The notes below the pieces were generated by a model. The model searched no databases. It was not told where the DNA came from and saw only the letters and a program-made list of their open reading frames with translations. Both the position numbers and the translations under genes were made by a program. DNA of 64,000 nucleotides from the NCBI RefSeq assembly GCF_000150275.1, contig NW_002060948.1, positions 2,472,180 to 2,536,179 of the forward strand, given 5' to 3'. Below are positions 42,391-53,352 of the stretch, piece after piece; the first letter of the stretch is position 1, and the number at the start of each line of letters is the position of its first letter. Source of the DNA: Trichoplax adhaerens. Taxonomy: Eukaryota > Animalia > Placozoa.

Positions 42391-42588
42391 AGTTCAGAGA
42401 GAAATAATTAATCAGAATTGATTGATTTTCCTCAACTAGAATTGGTTACCAGATCCATTCCTTTCTTCATCCTATTTGATGCAACAATCACTGTCTGCAA
42501 AGAATAACATCCATCATTAATTACTACGGAAGGCTTGTATCTGTAAAATTGGTATAAAAGGTGAGTTTTAGTATGTATTAAGACGACA
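42059..42588 (+). repeat. Diverged tandem duplication (~250 bp x 2), each copy ending in a 5' splice site
   Basis: Copies at ~42059-42308 and ~42334-42588 share agccacctacag, atcctatttgatgcaaca and atccatcattaattactacggaaggctt. Donors are GTAAGT at 42281 and GTGAGT at 42561. Confidence 0.9.
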
Positions 42589-43401
42589 TATTGAACGTTT
42601 AACTTGCTGTTGAATTAGCTTGAATTCAACAATCAACGTTGATCATCACCATAACGTTGCATCAGGCAGTGACTAAATTATTCACCCACTATCCACCCAT
42701 AAGCCATGGATCGACATATCTCCTCTTAGTATACTGTATTGAAACAGTCAGTGGATCGATTCAACTCCTCTTTCCTAGTAACCAATTGATATGCATTGGC
42801 TCATTTTGAGGAGGTCTATAAAAATACCCCGTTCCACCACTCACTCGTATACTGTAGTGCAGTGTAGAGCACAGTATATGTGTGGTAGAGTGAAAGTTTT
42901 ACTTTCTATACTGGCACACAATAGAAATAGGAACGTATAGACAGTGAACTAGAGTAAAGTTATTGAGCCATGAGAGAGCGAGATATAGTCCAAGACGAGA
43001 GAAATTGGATCATTGAAATTCAATTTATTCTAACCCATGCCAATAAATACTGCTAAGCAAGACGATAGGGTCCTCGTCAATAGTCAGCACGTGCATAAGA
43101 TGGACACTGTCATGCATTGAAATGAATCAATCAACTTTACTTGGAAGAAATGGTTGTTCTCATTTTTCTCGTCTGATTCAATTGTAGATCCTTGAAGGGA
43201 CTGAATTCAACTGGATTGACCGAACGTTCAATTTCGATCAGCAAAACCAATTACTGTATAACATAAGCAAATCGATCAGAGGCAAAAACATTTACCTGTC
43301 ATGGTAATGGCCAATGCCATTGAATATCGATGAAACAGGATTGCATTGACCAATTAAAGTACAAATATTGCTGTGCAAATTAACTAGAATAAATCAATAA
43401 A

Positions 43402-45703
43402 ATGAATCATATAGATAATACAGCCATCGAAATCGCATCGGAAGATGTCTCGGAATATCATGCATTGAAGACGCGTAATAAATCATACTCCAGAGTCAAC
43501 AATAATAGTAATCATAAAAATTCACCTCTCAAGATGAAAAGAAGCCCTAGTAGAGTGAACACCAGTGAAGAGAATGCCCAAATTGCTGCTAAAGATCGCC
43601 AAAATATTGCCTTGTTACTATTGCTTTATACCTTACAAGGGATCCCTCTAGGCATGGCTGCGAGTATTCCGATGTTCTTACAAGGCAAACATGTCGGTTA
43701 TAAACAACAAGCTGTCTTCAGTTTAGTGTTTTGGCCTTTTAGTGTCAAGTTGTTATGGGCACCTATTGTCGATTCGTGGTATATTACTGCAATTGGTCGA
43801 CGAAAAACTTGGCTAGTCCCTATCCAGTATTTGTTGGGATTATTCATGGTTGCCTTATCCTACAATATTGATTATCTATTAGGCACAAAGAATCAAAGTG
43901 ATGCCACGGGGGTGGATATTGAAACGTTAACGTTGATCTTTTTTATCCTCAACTTTCTGGCCGCAACTCAAGATATTGCTGTCGATGGCTGGGCCTTAAC
44001 AATACTATCAAAAGGTGAAGTTGGCCATGCATCAACTTGCAATTCTGTCGGGCAAACAGCTGGCTATTTCATTGGCAATGTCGTATTCTTAGCCTTAGAG
44101 TCCAAAGATTTTTGTAACAAGTATCTAAGAAGCGTACCCAGTGAGAAAGGTATCGTTAGCATCGATCAATTCTTCCTATTCTGGGGGATAATATTTATCA
44201 TTACTACTACAATGGTCTTTTTATTCAAGCATGAGAAAGCCGTAGCAGACATAGAAATGAAGGAATTACGAAAAGGCATTACACACACATATAGCCAGTT
44301 ATTCAGAATTCTCAAGTTGCCTGCTGTCACTTCTTACGTTTTGATCATTTTGTTCTGTAAGGTAAAAAATACACAATTAGATGCCCAAGCTTATTTAATA
44401 ATCATTTTCTTCTCTGTATCAAAATCCCCTAACAAATGAACCAAGATAGGATCCCCGTATTGTATTGATAATTATTCAGCTGTCGTGAATGCGATTATAG
44501 TCGAAACTCCGAAATTGATGTAATAGAGTATCATCTTGATCACACATAGGATGATAGACTGACTAATCCTAATGATTAAAAAATAATTCAATACAAGTAA
44601 TAACACGTCTTTTCCATTAATTATTTAATTGATCTGATAGGTCGGTTTTGCTGCAACGGATGGCATCACAGCACTAAAACTGGTTGAAGCTGGTATTCAT
44701 CGCGAAACTTTAGCCTTAATTGGCATCCCTTTGGTACCGCTGCAAATTTTGTTACCCTTCGTTATTAGCAAATATACTACTGGGCCTACACCTTTGAATG
44801 TTTTCTTAAAGGCAATGCCCTATCGATTAATTATTGGTGTCGGTATTTCACTAGTTGTTTACTGGGGATGGATTGTCCGAGTTCCTAAGGGAAGCGACTA
44901 TTCATTCCCTTGGTATTATTATGCTATATTGGTTAGCATTTACGCAATATATCAGGTAATACAAACGGATCTATACTTTATACCGTCGATGTTCTTTGTT
45001 ATCTCTTTCGAACATGACATGATTTTTTTACGTAATAATTACGGTTTGATTTTACCTGTTATTAATGGAATGTTCATGTTCAACATTATTCCAAATTATA
45101 AAATTTATCATGGCCATTGCTAACCACATGTAACTTGAAACAACACAGATAACCTTATATTGCATGTATGTCGCGCAAATGGCATTTCATGCTCGCGTTA
45201 GTGATCCAATGTATGGTGGCACATACATGACCTTGCTAAATACAGTCACTAATATGGCTGGTAATTGGCCAACTACTGTAGCTTTGTGGTTGGTAGACGA
45301 TATTACTAAAACAGTCTGCTCAGGAAGTTCAAATCCTTCCATTGAAACATGCGACAATGCTTCCATGCAAAAGGTAATGTAATGACATAATATCGCGAAT
45401 CATTTGCTAAATAGTCTACAGTACTTTATAATGATCTGAAAAGGAAAGAAATCTATTTCATATAACTAATTTATAAAACTGTGCAATTTTAACCGACCTT
45501 TTATTCTAATGGTTGTCATCATGAAGGCATGCCAAGAAGCTAATGGTAATTGTACTACAATAAGGGATGGCTATTATATCGAAATCATTCTATGTACATT
45601 TGTTGGTATTTCATGGTTATTATTTTGTGGAAAGAAACTTAGATCATTGCAAAGTCGAGAAGAAAGTGCGTGGAAATGCCCTATAGCTGAGAATATTGAA
45701 TAA
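43402..45703 (+). CDS. SLC33A1: Acetyl-coenzyme A transporter 1 (MFS, AT-1)
   Basis: Exons 43402-44361, 44641-44955, 45149-45373, 45527-45703 (558 aa). Family motifs: LLLLYTLQGIPLG, WPFSVKLLWAPIVDS, GRRKTWLVP, LAATQDIAVDGWALT, ASTCNSVGQTAGYF, MAFHARVSDP.YGGTYMTLLNT, DGYY. Confidence 0.97.
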
Positions 45704-46535
45704 AATTTGTTTTTTCTTTATAATATCCTATATTGAGAATTTAAAATTTATCTTAAACAGCTTATTAAATTGAAAGAATAGAATTATTGAAATGATAATA
45801 AAAAGTTCATTTTATATAGTAGCAACGTCTCTTTGCTGATTAGTACAGTACTCTATGTCCCCTTTTTATATGATCATTATTATCATGGATTATCAGTCTT
45901 TATAACACTTTATATTGGTGTTGGATACTAAATTAAACCTTTCCTGGGCAATTTAAATACTCAATCTAACTCTGATAAAAAACTTACCACAACCTGGATA
46001 TATTGTATAGTAGCATGTGTATGTACATGATAATATAACTAAATAAAACTTCGAAATACAACGATAACATTGAAATGCTGTCAATCTTTTGCTTACAATA
46101 TTATGCCTCTGCTGGACGAACTCGTAAGGAAAAGTTTGCAATTTTATTTGAGGTATAGCCTATCAGAACAGAATAAGCATATGCTTTCCGTAATATTTAC
46201 AGTAATTTAATATACCGTTTCAGAAGGCGCTAAATTACTAGTAAATATTGCATAAATTGTGAACATTTACGATACGTAAACGACGTACTGTACATCTAAA
46301 TTTCCTTTTTACAGTACAAACTTATACGAAACGATAATTATTACATCGGGCTAAACCCATATTTTCCGTCAAAATATAATCAACTTTGACAATTTTGATT
46401 GAACTTGTGGCATCTGGTTGTAACTTTCAGCATAGTTCGATCATCATCGAATGTACAACTGCGAATTTCGGACGATCTTACCCGGAATATGAGTTGTGAA
46501 GTATTGACGCACATAGTCCAAACGATTTTGTGTCA

Positions 46536-48589
46536 TTATGATAAATGTTTTTCAACAATTAACCTAAACTGTTGGTAAGATTCAACCAGTTTGGAATTGA
46601 TATTTGATGGCCTATCGACAACTTTTTTGATAACATCAAGCATCTCTATCACCTACGATAAATTTTTTACACTTTCAGTGTTATATATCTATATGATAAA
46701 ATGAATACTTTAATGTTATACCTTTGAGGTCTCGTTCAAGATATAATGTAACATAGCCAGAGCGGCATGAACTTTAATAGTTAATTCATGATCCTCCTTA
46801 TGCAAAATTTTCTCTTGCACCACAGTTTGGATAGTGTTCAAAACTAGTTTTGCTTCAGCTTCTTGAGCAACATCTGTGTATCAAAAATTGAGTAATTCCA
46901 CTTACAGTATAGTTTTATAATGAATCATGATATTTTCGCATAATCTTACTATGGTAACAATGACTATGTTCCTGAATAACCAACCTAATGAAAGCTCATC
47001 TTGACCAGCTACAATTGCCGCTGGATCTTCTAAGTTTGCTGTTTTTTCATGTTCTTTTATCAGCAATGAAAGGTGAGCAAACCATACTGTTACTACCTAT
47101 AGAAAGAAAAAAATAAGTAAGATTATTAAGATAGCCGATCATTTTTCTTTCTATACTTATAACATTTATCGTGCACCACAGACGCCATTTATAAATCTAA
47201 TCTACTAAATAGCTAATACATGTTTGTATCTCTTACTCGATCATATAAAGTGAGCGTTTTCTCAGGACTTCCTTCTTTTAGAAATATATTTGCCATATGA
47301 AAATAGCCGCCTGATGTATGTATATGATCGGTACCATAGACTAGTGACGAGTGATATATCTTCAAGAAAATATAAAGGATTAAAATTGTATAATAGTAAA
47401 TTAAGAATGCATTGCAAACTTACATCGTCAGCAAGTTGCAATAAAGCTTCCGAATGATTCTTTTTAGCCGCATGCAATAGTCCAAGATTTCGATATAGTT
47501 TGGATTTAATTTGATTTGGACATTCTGGAGTTTTTAAGACTGTCCACTGAGCCTGTGATAAGTAATCTTCTCCTTGCTTGAGTCTTCCTAACCCTAGTTT
47601 TCATTATTATCATATCATGAATACACTCTTGCAGTATTTGATATCTAATCATGACAAGATAATTTAAAACAACTATTCAGCATATAATCTTACCAATGCT
47701 TGCCTCTCCTAGCAGTAAATACGATGGTACCAGCTCAATGCTGTTAAGACCATAAAGACCGATGGAAAATTTTAGGCACAGCATTGCAGCTGGTACTACC
47801 AAATCATATTTACTCTCAAAGAGTAATTTTTGACCATGAGTTCTTGCTAATTCAATAATTTGTCTCTAGCAATTTAGAAAGTTTAATTAATTTTAAAATT
47901 GTTTAGCATAGCTGTATATGCTAGTATCAAGGACATAGTTAATATTTTACTTGACGATTTAATTGCTGTCGCTCTCGATGTGCTCTTTCGTCAGCCGAAG
48001 ATGAAAATGGTAAAGGCGTTCGTAGTGGAATTAGTAGCTGGCAGGTTTCTGCATGAATTCCGTCCCAGTCGAGCTTTTGATGTTCCCTATCACTATATAT
48101 AATTAATAACGATGCAAATACATGTAAGCTGCATACTTGCAATCATATCTTTACAGACATACGTGCATTGTCCAATATTTTATCATCATCAAATCTCATC
48201 ATTTAGTAAACAAAAATAGATCTTAAACTGATATCCACGCGAAAATATACATATGAAGCAATCAATGAATAATAGTTTTGAAATATCTTACATCTAATGA
48301 CTTAAAATCGTTAAAAAATATGCATAGATATGTATTCAATGTAATGACTTGGATCCTTTTAAAATCGATTTTATGTCATGTTCAGGATTATTATTCATTC
48401 GATTCATCTTTATCCTAGTACTTTAATTACGACTTTAACCATATTGACAGCAATTAAAAAATTTACCTACCAGTAATAAGTTACTCTACAGTTCGGGCAT
48501 TGAATATAAGCCGGCTTTTGGCATAGTTCGCACAATTTCTTGGTACCTTTTGGATTCGCTAACGGATTGATTGTGGTAGTTGTCGCCAT
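46536..48589 (-). CDS. ZMYND12: Zinc finger MYND domain-containing protein 12 (MYND finger + TPR-like helices; cilia/flagella associated)
   Basis: Exon 1 48589-48471 reads MATTTTINPLANPKGTKKLCELCQKPAYIQCPNCRVTYYC. Exon 2 48092-47951 reads DREHQKLDWDGIHAETCQLLIPLRTPLPF. The next exon has GQKLLFE...VPAA...SIELVPSYLLLGEASIG. Further short exons follow, with a stop at 46538-46536. Confidence 0.9.
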
Positions 48590-48982
48590 AATTCGAATCA
48601 ATAGTAACTTAACACGATTTCTATATAGATCGTAGACTTTATCCCAAAATTTAGTACAACTAGATATTCATCACCTAAACATTATTCTGAACTGACAGCT
48701 GACTATTGTTGCTAAGCAACTGCTGCGGCAAACAAGCTAGAAGACGAAATTCATGCGCACATTGGGATCACCTTGGTAACGAGGTCTAGAACATTGTATA
48801 CTGTTGCAATGACGACCAAAAGTCAATTAAGTTGAATCAGTTTGAATCCAATATTATGCTATTCCATATTTGAGATTACTCTGCCATCATTATCCGAAGT
48901 CAACTTTATCTAAAAATTCGTTTGCGAGTATATAATTATTGATTTGTTTCAATTGTACTTGAGTCAGCTGAAGGTGTCCAAA
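48590..48982. promoter_or_regulatory. Bidirectional promoter with RFX X-box motifs
   Basis: About 390 bp separate the divergent ATGs. Near-palindromic GTTGCTAAGCAAC at 48708-48720, ATCACCTTGGTAAC at 48767-48780 and weaker GTTGCAATGACGAC at 48803-48816. Confidence 0.75.
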
Positions 48983-50698
48983 ATGAATTCCAAAATCAAT
49001 CCTTCCGTTTTGCAAGCTAAAGTTCGAGAAATGGATGCAAGTGTCCAAAAAAATATAAAACGATTGCATACTAAGCCAAAGCTAAAAGTGCTGAAACAAA
49101 AATGGACTAAACCTCATAATCGGACCTTCCTAGTTATTCAATGGGACATTGAAGCACAGCCTGGTGAATACGATTATGTTGCTGTCTTTGACAAGGATCC
49201 ATTATCACCACTTGATTACATACCATATCAGTTTTATTGGGTTAACAGAGAAAGTAATAAAACAGTGATAACTGATGTGGTCCTTAAAGAAAATACCAGT
49301 TATTTCGTAGCCTATTATACCTATTTACGAGATCCAATTGATCTTGATCACTGTGATTTTACACCACTGGAGATTGCCACTGTTCATATTAATATTGAAG
49401 AGTTATCCGCTCAAGATGATGGTTTAGGTTATTCAATACAACCCCATCCTCGAATAGCTCCTCAAGAAATTAATATGGAACAAACTAAAGAAGCATTAAC
49501 GGCGGATCTTGATGATGGGGGTTATCAACCTCACGATCCATTTTTGACTGCATCTGGCCAATTCACTTTAGATTCTGGCCTCGATTTAAATTTAACATTC
49601 GACTTGAATTGGTTTCATCCAGATAAAGTCAGCATGTGGGATTATGTTGCAATATTCGATCATTATCCTGAAGATGCTGATGACTTTATTGCTAATCAAT
49701 GGTGCTGGGTAAGTAATCACCATAATGGCTGCTATAGTACTACAGTCAATTTTGATCGTAGTCGAGATTATTACGTAGGATACATGATCTACGATTTTAC
49801 TGAAAAGAAATTCGTAATTAAAGAAGTCACAAAATACTATACACGCAGCAATTGGATGACCGATTTGAAAGATTCCATTGGTAACGTACGAATTAAAGAT
49901 TTAACTATACCAGGAACTCACAACTCAGCTTGTTATAATATGACAGTACCATTGGCAGATGCTTTAACCCAATCACAATCGGAGACATTTGAGCAACAAC
50001 TTTTCGATGGAATTCGATATTTTGATTTGCATGTTGAGTATTATGGTAAATATGAGGATAAATTTTGGTTTACACACCATGAATGGTCAACTGAAGTAAG
50101 CGTATCGCACTTTTTAAATTTAATCAAGAACTTTATAACCAATAATCAAGAAATTGTTATGTTAGACTTTAACCAGTTTTACTACTTTAATCATCCTAGT
50201 GCACATGATGAATTGATTGAGTTAATCATTAAACATCTGGGTGATGATATGGCTTTAGTTTCATATTCTCAAGACGTTACTGTAGGTAAATTATGGGAAG
50301 AAAATAAGCGTGTAATTGTCGCTTATGATGGTAAACTACAATCAGAAAATTACCGGAATGAAAATAGACTTTGGCCAACTATTCAAACTGAATGGGATAG
50401 TGTTGAAACATTAGATGACGTGAAGAAGAATTTAGATCAAGAAATTAATCAACGCCATCATGGAATTTGGCTACTACAAGGAATCTTTAAGCTTACAGAA
50501 GAAAGTAAAGTATCACGTAATATCCAGGACTTAGCTAATATCATTAATCCTAATCTAAGCCGATGGATGGATGATGATTGGATACATAAAAATATCAACG
50601 TGATTGTGTCAGATTTTTATTTAGGTAATAACATAATTTCTATGGCCATTGAAAGGAATTTAGCTAGAGGTCGTGCAGCTCAATATTCTGACGTTTAA
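48983..50698 (+). CDS. Intronless PI-PLC X-domain protein (PLCXD/bacterial-type PI-PLC fold) with two N-terminal beta-rich repeats
   Basis: Single 571-aa ORF from ATG 48983 (the track's TTG start at 48944 is unlikely). Catalytic-domain motifs: NWMTDL, LTIPGTHNS, QSETFEQQLFDGIRYFDL, FTHH, EIVMLDF, NVIVSDF. Confidence 0.9.
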   Translation: MNSKINPSVLQAKVREMDASVQKNIKRLHTKPKLKVLKQKWTKPHNRTFLVIQWDIEAQPGEYDYVAVFDKDPLSPLDYIPYQFYWVNRESNKTVITDVVLKENTSYFVAYYTYLRDPIDLDHCDFTPLEIATVHINIEELSAQDDGLGYSIQPHPRIAPQEINMEQTKEALTADLDDGGYQPHDPFLTASGQFTLDSGLDLNLTFDLNWFHPDKVSMWDYVAIFDHYPEDADDFIANQWCWVSNHHNGCYSTTVNFDRSRDYYVGYMIYDFTEKKFVIKEVTKYYTRSNWMTDLKDSIGNVRIKDLTIPGTHNSACYNMTVPLADALTQSQSETFEQQLFDGIRYFDLHVEYYGKYEDKFWFTHHEWSTEVSVSHFLNLIKNFITNNQEIVMLDFNQFYYFNHPSAHDELIELIIKHLGDDMALVSYSQDVTVGKLWEENKRVIVAYDGKLQSENYRNENRLWPTIQTEWDSVETLDDVKKNLDQEINQRHHGIWLLQGIFKLTEESKVSRNIQDLANIINPNLSRWMDDDWIHKNINVIVSDFYLGNNIISMAIERNLARGRAAQYSDV

Positions 50699-53352
50699 TC
50701 TAGTCATTGTAATATTACCTTTTATTACTTTTAATGTTTTACCTTTTTTCCATAAATATTGAATAACTATTAAGCAAATCGATAACGAAATCCATTTTAC
50801 ATAACATCATATAAATTCACTTTTGTAATTTAGAAATCAGATTTCAATAATCGTTTAATCCACGCATCAGTGTATTTTTAACTAAAGCATTTTAATTAAG
50901 CATGTACTGTAATAGTCTTTGGTATGCTATTATCCGATAATATTATATCACTCAATAGTCAAATTGTACGGTAGTTCATAACGTTATTAATAGTCTTATC
51001 CCAAAATAAAAATGATCAGATAATTGGTAAAATAGAAAGTTCAATAAACTACAATGGCTATCAAAATTTTACGAAATAGTATGATATTTAATACAGGTAG
51101 TAGCAAAACTAGACCATTGAAGTTAGATCAATAAAATGTAAGATCCAATCTCATTCATCAAGCCATTTTCTCACTAATTAATAGGCGATATTCGCAACTG
51201 ATCCAAGCTGATCGGCAAGGTTACTGAATTGTAATTAATAGCCAATGATTTGGCTAATTAATTTGCTAGAAAGCTGTCACAAGACACTTCGCTATTTTTA
51301 GACTGTGCAAATTACGTTTAATTCTTGTATTATATTTCATTTAACCAAATAAATAATAACAGTTAAAATTGATATCAATTTTTGCGCGAATCCTGATTAA
51401 TAGAGGGAAAAGATTACCCAGTGCAGTACTTAATATTCATAATAGCTTATTTTTAGCTAATTTACGTAAATACCATTACAATCAGGCCAATTGATCCTTT
51501 AAGATTGTTATTCATATTTTGATAATAATATTGCGGAAAATACTTGCCTGGCCTACTAACTGGTAAATATTAGGCTCAGTCATGAGTACGTACACAACTA
51601 ATCTATATCTATCCTTAACTATGTACGAATACCGGTTATAGAATAATTGTCCTGGTTATACTACTTTAATTTAGAATTTCAGAGTGTACTAGCTACAGTT
51701 GTATTCATAAGAAAGGTATCCGCGTAAAACTATATTCAAATACTGCTTACCTGATAATTATATTATCTTTATTCTGAACATCGTTGATCTGCATTTAAAT
51801 ACATGTTACGGAGTAAGTTTTGCGTAGTTGTAGTAATATAGATTCCATAGATAATTTATCTAGGAATGTATTTACATACCGTCATCTATAACGTTATACG
51901 TATTTTTAATAGATAACTGCATAGTTTTATAGTATTATCTATAAAATGATAATTAACGTTTGTATCGATTTACTATAAATTGACTGACTTTGCAATAAAG
52001 TTTGGGTTCAGTCATGTCTAAGAGAGACTCGTGTTGTGTTACTGTTCCTCTTGACGATAGGAGATCGTCATTATTGAGTCATACTGTAGGTTAATATCAG
52101 GGAGGATATCCCTGATGGTAGACTCATAGTGTGCAACTTCTATAATAGTTTTAACTTATCACGTTACAAATTTCGATTTGTAATAATACAGTACTTAAAA
52201 AATCCCAAAATTCCGAATTTAAAATAAATTTTATTAGTTGCAATGATAAACTATCTAAGCCTTCTTTCATTGATCATTCATACCTGATCATATACAGTAA
52301 TGCAAATACTTTAATAGATGATATGTATAACACCGAAATCATCAATTTGAGATTTTAAATATGTTTATATGGAAACCACATGTAACAGCGACGCAGTTGA
52401 GTGATAAAATAAATTACAACCTTATTGGCTATTTTTTATAATAATCTTCTAATGGTAGTATTGGGTTAAATTTAATTTATAGCAAGTGCAGAAAAGGTAC
52501 AGGTAATAGTGTATAATTAAACAAAATAACATAGTAACAAATAATTTCACCGACAACGCATAAAATTAATGAAAAATGTATTATTTGTATTGCGTGCTTC
52601 AAATCGATTTATCCAAAAACCGAAATTACATTAACACTGACAGTTTCCAGTAGATATTGGCAACTTTACTAAAATATTTAGGTTCCTATCGATTGCAGTA
52701 CGATATACTACTTTAATAAATTTTATAACCGATTATTTCATCATAAAATTGCAGCGTTGTTTTTCTCTATTCTTGATAGGAAGACAAGTTCAATATCATA
52801 TTTAACTATTACATATGACTATCATTATCTTAATATTTCTAATGCGATATGTCGTAGAAAATTGAATTAAATTTTATTTAATTATTGAATACGATAATCA
52901 TAAATGTCAGGATTACGATTAATTTTGTATTGCACAATGCAATGTAACTTTTAATTTTTTATCTATGCTATCAGTTTGATAAGCAACCATCTCATGATTC
53001 GATATATTACAATAATTATGATTGCTTGTCTGAAATATAACAATAGTTACGAACGAATCCGTACAAAAAAAGTGAAAATACTATAATAGCTAATGTATTA
53101 CAGCACCGAACAACTCAACCTGGCATTTAATTAGGACATCAGATGTAAAAGCTAATCACCGCAAATAAGCAATTAATAATATATGCGAAGTGTATCTTGA
53201 TTTAATTTTAACCAGAATAATATCTGTAACAGTCAAAAATTGATTACTATTTTAACATTAGTAATGATGATGTAAGAGTACACCACAACGATATTTTTCT
53301 AATCTACTTTAATAGCTAAACATAAATAATTTAACGATTTTCATCACTACTC

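Noticed and set aside
47899-48102. Plus-strand 67-aa ORF
   Set aside because: Antisense to ZMYND12 exon 2.
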